From the NCBI GenBank assembly GCA_023515725.1, contig JALDTO010000266.1, forward strand, positions 766,970 through 830,969: DNA of 64,000 nucleotides. Direction: 5' to 3'. Of the stretch, positions 1 through 10,337 are shown in pieces (position 1 is the first letter of the stretch; each line of letters starts with the position of its first letter). A program made the position numbers and the translations under genes. The stretch comes from Amoeboaphelidium protococcarum X5. Taxonomy: Eukaryota > Fungi > Aphelidiomycota. The notes under the pieces were generated by a model. That model did not search any database. It had not been told where the DNA came from and saw only the letters and a list, made by a program, of their open reading frames with translations.

Positions 1-1170
1 AGAAGACATATCTTCGCCACTATTTGGAGCGACGCTACCAGTAATATGGCCTAGAGAATTGAACACATCATTATTCAAATCACCATCGTGTCCATCAATC
101 ATCATTTTGACAGACGATGCGAACAGACGTAAAATGTTAAGCAAGACGGACTGCTAATAAACTGGATCATCCATATCAGGCATCTACCCAGGATGATCTG
201 TAGCAAAAGCGGCATTCAACGAAGTGAAGGGAGAATTGATAGAGTCCAGCTCTGACTCTAAAGATAGCATCTTCTGTGTTAGCTTCTGCTTCAACTATGG
301 AAGATGACGTTCGATATGAGACATTAAAGTCACTCTCAACTTCTCTTACAAGAACGTAGTGCCACACTTATCCCCAAGCGATTCGTATTTGGGATGTGAT
401 GAGAACCATAACTTCTCCTTCTGTACAGCAGAGTGAACATCCTTGTTACTCTCAATGTCCTTCTGACTGCGATTGACAACACCCACAAATCCATGCTTGA
501 GGGGATATGTTTTATTCAATAGAATATCCAGCGCATCCGTTCCCTCATCCATCAGATCCAACTTAGTGAGGACACCAATAGTTCGATTGCCTTCAGGATC
601 AACACGCCGTGCCAGCTATAACGCGTCAGAATTCGCAATGTCAGAGTTGGCGGGACTGACGGCCAGAATTAGACAAGACTCTCTCTCCACAAAACTTGTG
701 ACCATGTTCAGAATCTACACCTCAATATCCTCAGGCTGATCACCAACCGCAACCTTTGTCAGACCGGGTAAATCCACAAGAGTCAACTCAATCACCCTAG
801 CAGAGTGAATCTTCAGGTAGATGGGCACAGCGCTGATATTCTTATTTGTCCCAGTCAGACGATCAGTTTCGCGCGCGATCTCCTGACGAACATCAGCAAA
901 ATTAGTATACTGCTTCTTGGGCTCATGCAGGAATACTGCAAAGTCTTGCGTGCACTGCTTATCGCGTATCAGCTATAGCACTAGCGGTCTTCTGGTGACA
1001 ATTCCAGTGCCACGAGGTAGAAAGTCTTTCCCAACAATATTCTCAAGCACTGAGCTCTTACCGCTGGACTGTGATCCAACGACGGCAATCTGCGGCAGAT
1101 CAAATCCAGACAGCCCGACCGATGCAAATGTCTCTTGCAATTTATTAACCAATGGTATAAGGCTTTCCAT
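1..1170 (-). CDS. Dynamin-related GTPase (Dnm1/Vps1/DRP family), 3' end outside the window
   Basis: Motifs [34 protein letters not shown] (Q=TAG at 973-975), [22 protein letters not shown]. Frame is open to the window edge with TAR=Gln. Confidence 0.95.
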
Positions 1171-1346
1171 CTTCTATAAATGACAAAACAAATAATAGAT
1201 TCTATAAAAAAAGGTTGATTGAAGTGGATTGAGTCTGTGGTATCAAAGCACTCCTGAAAATGTGTGTTGAGATGGCGCGCGATCAAGTGACGCCGTTAAA
1301 TACTCATTCAAATTGAAAAATTTATCATTGTATTAATCATTAAGTA

Positions 1347-3002
1347 TCACTATTGAGGTCTAGAATTTTCGTCTTCTTCACTAGACTCCCGTTACTTCCA
1401 TTTTTAAAGAGTTTTTACAAAGGATGGGCGTTTAAGTTTCAATTTCTTGAGCAGTGGCTCTTTGTCCTCACTGGATGTTGTTTGAGACGCGCTCGTTAAA
1501 GCTCTATCGCGACCAGCTTGATCATCATCATCAACATTATCTTAGAGATCACCCTCAGGTGGAATAACTTTCGGCACTTCATCAAACCTTACGTGATGAT
1601 GTTTTGCGGTAGATTCATACCTGATAGGAGGAATTGGTGGCTGATATCCTGTGCTACTTTATCGTTACTTGTCGATTATAGTCTCAACAACAACAATACT
1701 GTCGCTAGTTGAACTTCTCTGATCGAGCGATGCTGGCCGCGGTAATGGTAGACGAGGAGTATCACCATTTGTTCCATTCCTCTGATACAATGACGACAAT
1801 CTGTTCTATTTCTTGCCATATGATTCATAGAACGAGTCCACATAAGGTACTGGCACAAAAGCGCCGGCCATGATGAGCATACTTTCGCGCCCTGATAGCT
1901 GAACTGGCTTCCGACCATTGATTTAAGCATCAGATGTAATCAAATACACACCTATGAATGTGATAAGACATCCCAGGAAGAACATAGTGACTTGATCCAC
2001 CGTGGCGCCTTCAAAGTCATTATACAGCATCGATGATCCAAGAACCGCAGTGAAGGTGAACGCAGCAAATTCAGCTGGGAGTACAACTGTTGAATCAAAG
2101 GCAGAGAGGGCAGCGTTTGTGAAGTACAACGTCAGCAATGCAGTGATCAAGAGCACAAAAATCAACAAGTAGGTGATCCAATATGTAAAAACCAGATACA
2201 ATGACAGGCCTAGCATGGACGATAGGGATTTAGTGGCCAGCACTGTTATTCCACTGAACAAGGAGGTAAGAGAGACCCTGATCAGTATGAACTTGTCACC
2301 AAGAGTCTTTTCTTCACCTTTTACTTTCAGACTATTTAGTGTCAATAGCACTAGAATGATGAACACTGTAACACCGCCATAGATGATAAATTGCAGCTGA
2401 CATAGAGCTTGAACAATACCTTCCGGAGTCAGTTGAGGTTCTTCTGATCGGGAAAATAACACGATCATAGTGGCTCCAATACAAGCTACAATCATGCCAG
2501 CTAAATTTCTCAATGATATCTTCTCATGAAGGTACGCGTAACCAGATAGCGCACCAGATATAATTGACATTGTACCAAGTGGTGCAATGACAGACGTAGG
2601 AGCAAATCCGTAAGCCATAAAATTCAAAATCTCTCCACAAACCAGCAGAGCAATACCCACCCACCATACTGCGTACTTTGTCACATTGACCATTGAGAAT
2701 TTTTACTGTTCATCCGCATCAATTATCTACTGATAGAGTAAAGGGGTGTTTTCATCCACCTATTACTAAAGTCCATCAGCGACAACTTGCTCAATATCTC
2801 CATAGCCTGGTAGACCGCGACTATCATTGTTGTTTAGAATTGTTTCATCTGCCGTCGCCGTCGTTGTAATTTCTTCAATCGCCCTGTTGTGAGCGCTCTT
2901 GCTTGCCGTGTAAGAGAGGCCGATCAATGAACTGCCACAAACTGCAAGTATGACACCAATGAATGATGGATGCACATCTTCAATTTTACTATCGTCTGTC
3001 AT
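1347..3002 (-). CDS. NIPA-family magnesium transporter (~551 aa)
   Basis: WWVG...GEILNFMAYGFAPTSVIAPLG motif and multiple TM helices. ORF-track pieces 2766-3050 and 1923-2693 share one frame, ending TAG-TGA at 1347. Confidence 0.9.
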
Positions 3003-3204
3003 TTTATGATCAGATTCTGTTTCATAAACGTGAAAGTAATAAACAAGCAAGTGATAAGAGTCAATTCACTCACGAATCGCCCATTGACCAATCCACCTTG
3101 TTTATCCTTACGCGTGATTGGACAAACCGCACAGGATTTAATCTACTTTTTAACATTCGATAGGGACGATTCGATTTTAGTCAAGCTTGGTATAGTACAA
3201 GACA

Positions 3205-4281
3205 ATGATTCCGATAACTATATTTACTGGATTTGTTGGCTCAGGAAAGACGACAGTCATAATAAATGCTCTGCGGCGATTACCCAAGGATATCAAAGTT
3301 GTAGTCTTGAAGAATGAGTTTGGAGATGACGCGGTCGATTCAAAGCTGGTGGATATTTTAACACAAAGATCTACCGACTCTGATCAATCGGCTCAGACTG
3401 TTAGTAGAAACATATCATCAGTTAAAGAAATTGTTAACGGATGTCTCTGCTGTGTACTGGTTGGTCAGTTGTAGAATGCGATCGAAGATATTGTACTCAA
3501 TTATCAGCCAGATCGTATTATCATTGAGAGTAGTGGGAGTGCGCAACCTGCTCCGTTGGTGTGGCAGATTAAGCAAATGAGTCTGGGTGTTCAAGTTGAT
3601 ACTGTGATCAATGTGGTGGACGCGCTAAACTTTTCCGGTTATGAAGATACATCCTATACCGCGAAACTGTAAGCCAAATACACTGATCTGATAATGTTGA
3701 ACAAGATTGAGCTCTGTGATGAAAGATAGTTGGATCTAACTCTGGACCGCATCTATGAACTTAATCCAGATGCCAACATTCATAGACACATGCATTCAGA
3801 TGGTGTAGATGTTGATTTGCTGTTTGGTATTCAATCAAAACTTGAATTGACTGATGATGTTGGTAAAGCTAGCGAACATGATCACAATACTGAAATTACC
3901 ACTTTGAAGATATTGCGGAATAAAGTTGTGGATTCCCAGTTTATTGTTATTAAGAAGTTGGATTTGGAATCACTGTTGTCGGGTAACTTTATGCCCAAAG
4001 ATCAATACTATCGCATCAAAGGTTACATTTGGCTCGCTGATGAAAGTGATCATGTGAGTTTGTACATTCTTAATTGGGCCTTTGGGAGATATCAGCTACA
4101 CAATATTTAAGACTAAAATTTGATTTAGAAAATGACCAATATCTCACTTAGTCTGACTGTAATGGGACGCGATTTGACCTCAGAGATTGATGGTGGCGTC
4201 TTGAAGGCTGTTGTTTAAACTGTCTCGCAGACATTCCAATGCTCTGCTTCAGACATTCAAATTGTAAATTTGAGTCATTGA
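3205..4281 (+). CDS. CobW/COG0523 (G3E) P-loop GTPase, putative metallochaperone (~358 aa)
   Basis: GFVGSGKTT, NEFG, GCLCC, IIIESSG and LNKIE motifs in a single frame to TGA at 4279-4281. Confidence 0.92.
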
Positions 4282-4603
4282 ATAATTAAATTTTGATCGA
4301 CTTTACTCTTTTAATACTTATTTGGTTCACTTTTATATCAAGATACTTGATAATAGAATACTTTAAAATCCCTTTTGTATTGGATAATGAACCACTTTAC
4401 AGGTAGCCAGCCTCACGATCAGTTTGTTAATCAGCTGAGCGACCAATCGCTTCCGCTCAGTTTCTTCTCACGGCAAAGTCTACAATAAAATTCGCAATTT
4501 GTTCATCCAACCAACCAGCTTTTGTAACAACCATTTGTAAATAGCATTAAACTCTCTGGATAGAGTGAAATACCGGATAAGCTCATAAATATATACTCAT
4601 TTA

Positions 4604-5812
4604 ATGTGCATATAATGGATAAAGCCAATCGCGGCTACTTGTATCCATAACAATCTTGAGGCTGCTTCTCTAATGGTGGGCTACTCGTCTATTGTGCTCT
4701 GGATGTGCGCCCAACTACCTCAAGTGATTAAGAATTATCGATAAAGCAATGCAGAATCGCTGAGCTTGTTATTTTTGTTTATTTGGTTTTGTGGTGATCT
4801 ATCTAATCTGCTTGGCTGTCTATTCACTGATCAGATGCCATTTTAGTTGTATTTGGCCTGCTACTTTGTCTTTCTTGATCTTATTCTGCTATTCCAGTAC
4901 TTGTACTATGTCACTTACAGGCAGCGAAGTTATCCTTCATTCCAGCGATTGTTTAATACTCCGTATAAAGATGTGGATTATCCTAATGAGTATACTGGCC
5001 TTTTGGGTGACTAGTAAAGTGGATTAAAACGTCACCCGTAGCATCGTCATCCTAATCATTATCGAGTGTAAAGCCTTGGCGTTGGCAATAAGACTCTAAG
5101 GTACATGACATTCATATGTATGTTGATAGCTGTGACTAGCGGTCACTCTTAAAGTTAATTCCTCTCCGTATTTGGAGTCAAGAATCCTCCCGCTATTGAA
5201 GATCCGCCGTAAAGTTAATTTCCACCTGATGCTGGCCATGGCGGTGGTAGTGGTGGTGGTGGAGATAAAACGCGTGAGATTGTAGGTACAGTGTTTGCCT
5301 GGATCTCTCTAGTCTCTTATCTTTGCTCTCGAATGCCTCAAATTATAAAAAACTACCAGTAATACGTGCAGAAGAAGATGCATGGAGTTGGAAATGGCAT
5401 GGAAGGATTATCGATTTGGTTATTTGCTTTTGCCGTCCTGGGCAATCTCACTTACTCGCTGTCTATATTTCTCAAGGCTTACAGTGTTGACACTGGATCG
5501 TCATCCGATGGCTATGGCTCTAAATATATCATTGGCAAGTCTTTACCGTATCTCATGGGATCATTAGGAACGTTGGTTTTTGATTTTGTGATCTTTGCCC
5601 AGTGGGTAATGTACTCTGAGCCAGCAAGTACTTCCACCCAAATGCTTATTAATAAAGATCGTTCTCCATTCACTGATTTTGATAATTAGTCTTGTGATAG
5701 TGGGGATCTATTTCTGTCATATGATGATAATTGCGATGAGGTGTCTGCTCTATCAGAGGTTACCAAGACTCGAGAGATGCGCAAGCAGTCTTCATCGCGA
5801 TCAGTAATGTGA
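4604..5812 (+). CDS. PQ-loop vacuolar/lysosomal amino acid transporter (Ypq/PQLC2-like, ~402 aa)
   Basis: Two PQ repeats: AQLPQVIKNY...SLSLLFLFIWFCGD and SRMPQIIKNY...GLSIWLFAFAVLGN. Continuous frame. Confidence 0.9.
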
Positions 5813-6122
5813 AATTATGATTTGTATTATACTTGAATATTAGAAATTGATTTTTTTAAAGGTTTGTATTTGACTTTTCAAGTAACAGCATGGTTTATCA
5901 ATTATTTGTTTTAACGTGTGAATTGATCAATTTGATGCGAGATATTCTCCTCTGTATTTCAACCTTCCATAACGTAGTCAGTTCTCTTTCATAAAAAACA
6001 CATTTGAATAAAAAAGAAATCAAAACTCAATATTGATTAAATATTTAAATTACTACTTATAATTCGCAGTATCATGCGCCAATAAAATTATATGTACAGT
6101 ACAACTACAGTAGAGATACCAT

Positions 6123-6923
6123 TCAAGAGCATAATTGATCGCGATATAATCGTTTGAGGACTAGAAAGTTCTATCGAAGACACTAGTAAGCATCCTATGC
6201 CCCGTTAATGCCACTCTAGATTTAGTATTCATTCATCTGTGCCATCATTGAATGTATAATATCATCGCAATTAGTCAAGTGATCTATAGAGGGATCGCCT
6301 TCTTCACTAACCGTATCATCACCATCACTAAGATTATCATTAAGCCAACTAAGATTCTCAATCATTTAATTGACATGATTAAATTAACGCTTTATATACC
6401 GCCATTCTGATTTTTGTGATTTCTTTGCACCTAAGTCTTCCTGCTACTGAGTAACATCATCTTGATACGTAATATACTACTCATCAACAACTTCTTGGCA
6501 TTCTATATTCCGTTCAGTACTACCTTCATCAATGGTATCCACCTCTAATTATATATCGCTAGAGGGAATCTCAGACGCAGCCAGAGACACGTTGGGTGAT
6601 TAACTCACGGCGGCGGCGATATCTGACTTCTTTTTTCGACCACGACGCTTCTTTACGCCATTTTACGCGTCATTACTTTAGCCCAAGCTCTATTTAACAC
6701 CATCACTGCCAATATCTCTAGATACTTGTCGCCTCTTTCGCCTGACATTCTAGCTATCATCAAGGCAGAATAAGCAAATGTAATCGGAGACATCATCTTC
6801 TAACCCGACGCATTAAGTATGTAGAAAGTATTTGCATTAATCACACTGCACATAATCAGATTCTTGTATATCATGCGCTTAATTATCACCAGATATTTAG
6901 CATATACACCTAAATGTCGGCAT
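6123..6923 (-). CDS. PHD-finger protein (~266 aa) with basic NLS-like patches
   Basis: N-terminal CIC...VQCDQCKYFLHTQCVG...YICLFC (C4HC3 pattern); KKRRGRKKK; acidic middle. Missing from the ORF track because of TAR codons. Confidence 0.85.
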
Positions 6924-7354
6924 CTTTATATCCCTTTGTTAATGAGGTTAAATGTGAATTTCAGTAGTTAGAAAGGATAAAAACAGGAGAAAAGAAAAAT
7001 GCGGGCGGATCAATCATTCGTGCACCAAGTCCTTTTGAAATTTTTTATCCATAAAGTATTTGTATGATAGTTAGTCTTATTTTAAATACGATTATCAATG
7101 AGATTCTATATATTTTTACATACTCTTCAATACAAGTCAATAATCTAATTACTCGTTTACTTTATTGCCAATCTTCTGAGCTTGTCTCGATACCTTAACA
7201 ATACCAATAACTCCTGAGTGGTTTTAAGCTGCGACCATCCTCATTGATATCACAATGAAATGATGACTGGTCGTGTCACATCTCATCATTGCATTGTATT
7301 CAATGCTTACTGACAGTGTTCTAATTCTTTCATCGCAATACTGATCATTTGAAA

Positions 7355-9592
7355 ATGTAGCCAAGCCAAAAACGTGAATTATCTGCGGCTGCAAAGACAG
7401 CACTAGAAGATTTCAAAACTTAAGCATATCATCAAGATATTCCCGGATTTCTCTCCGTGTGTGCTAAGGTGATCAATGAAGTTGATATTCGGATAGTCAA
7501 AGAACTTGGCGCATCATCATTTGCCGCATTTGCTCCAGTATTTGCCCCTTGGTATAATACTAAATCTGAATGGTTTGGACATTATGTTTGGAATGGCAAC
7601 ACAGACGCGTTCAATTAACGACTGTTGTTAAAATGCACTGACAAGGACTGGCAAATACCGTAATCTTAATAAACAGAACACTCCTTAACAGCAAAGTTCA
7701 ATCCTAATTTGAATCGTAAAGACATGGGACAAAACGTAAGTGAGAGCCAGGAGAAGTAAAGTTTTAGTCAGGTGCAGCATTAAATTGAGAATATCATTGA
7801 ATCCAAAATGCGGAATCAGTAGATTGCATCAGATACAGACTCTCTAATGGCTAAATGGAAATCTAAGCAGTAATAGTCGTCATCTAAGAGTTTGAAGAAG
7901 AAGAAGAAGAAGAAGAAGAAAGTGCTACAGCTTTCGGAATAATCTCTAGTGGCGCTGGAAAACATGAAACCAAAAATCGGCAAGATGAAAAATCGGCGTG
8001 AGATTGCCGAACTGAATCAGTATGATCAGATACGCTCGATTAATATTCGTATATTCCCTGATAAGAAGTTCATACACAAATTCAATGAATGGCTGGATCT
8101 CAAGTTTCAAATGGTCAATTTCATCATTAACATTTTGAATGATTCCAGAGATTAAGGAGAAAAGGTGTCAATACAAGCGCTAAGGAACCATGTTGCGCTA
8201 AGTTAAGTCAAAGCCATAAAGTGCCGCGTGCCTGATGACGACCCAAGATTGCGTTGGATGCGAATGCCATCTACAGTGCAAGATGAGATTATTAATGCGA
8301 CTCGCACGTATTACTATGCGGCTCAAGAGAAGTATACAAAGGGTGATATCAAAGACTACAACTTTATTCCAAATAGAGATGATGATTAGTTTTAGATGCT
8401 CCAGTTTCAAGCGTAAGATGCCCGTGTAGATCCAGATAGCAATCGCGTCCGCCTACTGCCTTCATTCCTCAAGAGCTTTGGGAAACTGTATGCCAAAGAT
8501 CCTCTATTCTAAGAGCCTGGCAAGATTGACTACTGGCCCCGTTTCATCAAGTTTGGCTATGGCAGAGGAAGAGAGTTCAAGCTCGTGAAAAGAAGAAAAA
8601 AGTTCTTTGTGATTGTTTCGTATGATGCCTCCTGTATATAAGGTCCATTCACTGATTGGTATTACTAGCAACTGCAAGATATGAATAATGCAGATGCGAA
8701 TCTTGAAGGTGCTAGATCATTTATAAGCCGCCGTGATGCGCGTTGCCGTTAAACTGGAAACACTTGCTCGGTGGATCCAGGTGTTAGAGTGAGCATGACC
8801 GTCTTCGATTTGGATCGCAGGTCATTCATTGCGATTGCGCCTGATTTCAAGTAGCTTTATAAGAATAAGAGTGAATAGATTTCCAATGCATAGTCTCTGA
8901 AAGATTAGATGGATAATCGCGCAGCTGCTTTACAGAATGGACAATTGAGTCTGGAGGAGTTTAAAGCGTAGAAGAAAGAATTATGGCACACATGGAAGTA
9001 ATCAAAGAATAATGTTGTTCCCACTGATATTGGCATTAGTCGTGCTTACACCAAATTCTCTGCATATGTATCGAATTTGCATAACCGAATTGGCAACTTT
9101 TTGATGCGGCATTATGATCTAATCATTCTTCCCGAGTTTCTGACTATTAAGATGGTGAAGAAACTGAGAAAGCGTTTGAATCTACCTCCCGTTCTAAGTG
9201 ATACGGCCGATGTACTGGTAACACACTCGCGTGGTTAATAAAATTCTGGGCATATTCTCCATAAAAATACGCGGAAGACTCGATTGGCGTTTAGCCATTA
9301 CAAGTGTCTTATGAAACTTATTGCAATGGCATAAGCTAATATATTTAGATCTGGAAAGTAAGTGCTCGTGACAACGGAGGAGTTTACGTCGAAACAACAT
9401 CTGTTTCAGAATGTGCTACATAACTGTCTTGGTGCTGATGAGTACTTCATGTTGGGTGATTTTTGTGCATATCGGGATAATGTTGGATCATATAATGTTA
9501 TGTCTCGAAGTTTTTCTAAGGAAGAAGTGAAATTGGTTACTGCGAACTAAGCGGATTAGACACTATACAAGGAGTTCGTGATGTCCATATGA
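7355..9592 (+). CDS. Fanzor (Fanzor2 / IS607-TnpB-derived) RNA-guided DNA endonuclease, 745 aa
   Basis: One TGA-free frame. N-terminal TnpB-type motif RSINIRIFPDKKFIHKFNEW; RuvC-I SVDPGVR (D474); YDLIILPEF; LHKNTRKTRLAFSHY; EEFTSK (E675); RuvC-III RDNVGSYNV (D708). Confidence 0.88.
7895..7921 (+). repeat. (AAG)8 AAA tract encoding 9 Lys, candidate NLS of the Fanzor
   Basis: Seen directly; in frame with the Fanzor ORF (K181-K189). Confidence 0.85.
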
Positions 9593-9810
9593 AGGTCTTG
9601 CAAGAGACTCTATTGCGCCTTGCTTAACATCTGATCACTAAATCATAGAAGTGTTTTGTAATTGCTTATCGTTATGCTCGTACTATACTGTTACTCTGCT
9701 ATTAAGGGGCTATGTGGGGACCCCAATGAAAAGATTGCTGGAGCTTTTTTAAAGTGTACCAATGATCGATTAACCCACATGCGCCTCAATTACAGTACAA
9801 TAAATACATC
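9593..9810 (+). ncRNA. Candidate Fanzor omega-RNA (guide RNA scaffold); boundaries uncertain
   Basis: Lies immediately 3' of the Fanzor ORF. Stem AGGGGCTATGTGGG (9705-9718) pairs with CCCACATGCGCCT (9774-9786) and encloses a smaller hairpin. Confidence 0.4.
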
Positions 9811-9823
9811 TAATATATATGAA

Positions 9824-10045
9824 TCAATATTATACAAATTTCGAGGGAATATAACCGTCGCCAATGATTTTGAATTGAGGTCCATCAAATTTCAGCAACT
9901 GGCACCAAACGTAATGGGGATGACGCGTCCTGTGAACAAGTACGTAATCTCCTTCAGAGGCCTTCAGCATATTATTGACCTCCATAAATGGTGATGACTA
10001 CTTTGAATAATCCCGAATCACTCTTCCTAATACAGACTCTGCCAT
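9824..10045 (-). CDS. Small stand-alone SH3-like domain protein (73 aa)
   Basis: MAESVLGRVIRDYSKQ...LKASEGDYVLV...YVWCQ...GDGYIPSKFVQY fits SH3 spacing (xDY; L-x-x-x-x-GD; W; G-Y-I-P-x-x-F-V). Confidence 0.65.
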
Positions 10046-10337
10046 TGAATGAATTAAATTTATCTCTTATATCTATATATTGCGAAGATTAACTTTTACT
10101 ATTCAGAGTGTAATAATTATTGTCTACGGAAGTTAACAGCCTCCAGAAAGTTGTTGGGATAAAGTCATCGCTAAATCTATGCACAATCTAAGGGGTCACC
10201 ACCATTCAACGAATTTCGGATCACAGGTCGAAGGTATTTTCAAAGTCAGCTTTTTAATTTTACTTATCTATTACTTTTCCATTCTATATAGTTAGTATTC
10301 TGGCAATTCATACAGTATATTTCAAAGTCTTCATAAA

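Noticed and set aside
5101-5139. GT...AG intron-like segment in the PQ-loop gene
   Set aside because: It is 39 nt, in frame and stop-free, so no intron is required.
7102-9826. Possible TIR pair GATTCTATATATT / AATATATATGAATC around the Fanzor
   Set aside because: Low-complexity AT sequence with an imperfect match; the right copy overlaps the SH3 stop codon.
9662-9994. 110-aa plus-strand ORF downstream of the Fanzor as a partner protein or transposase
   Set aside because: It has a non-ATG start and no motifs, and overlaps the better-supported SH3 gene antisense and the candidate omega-RNA.
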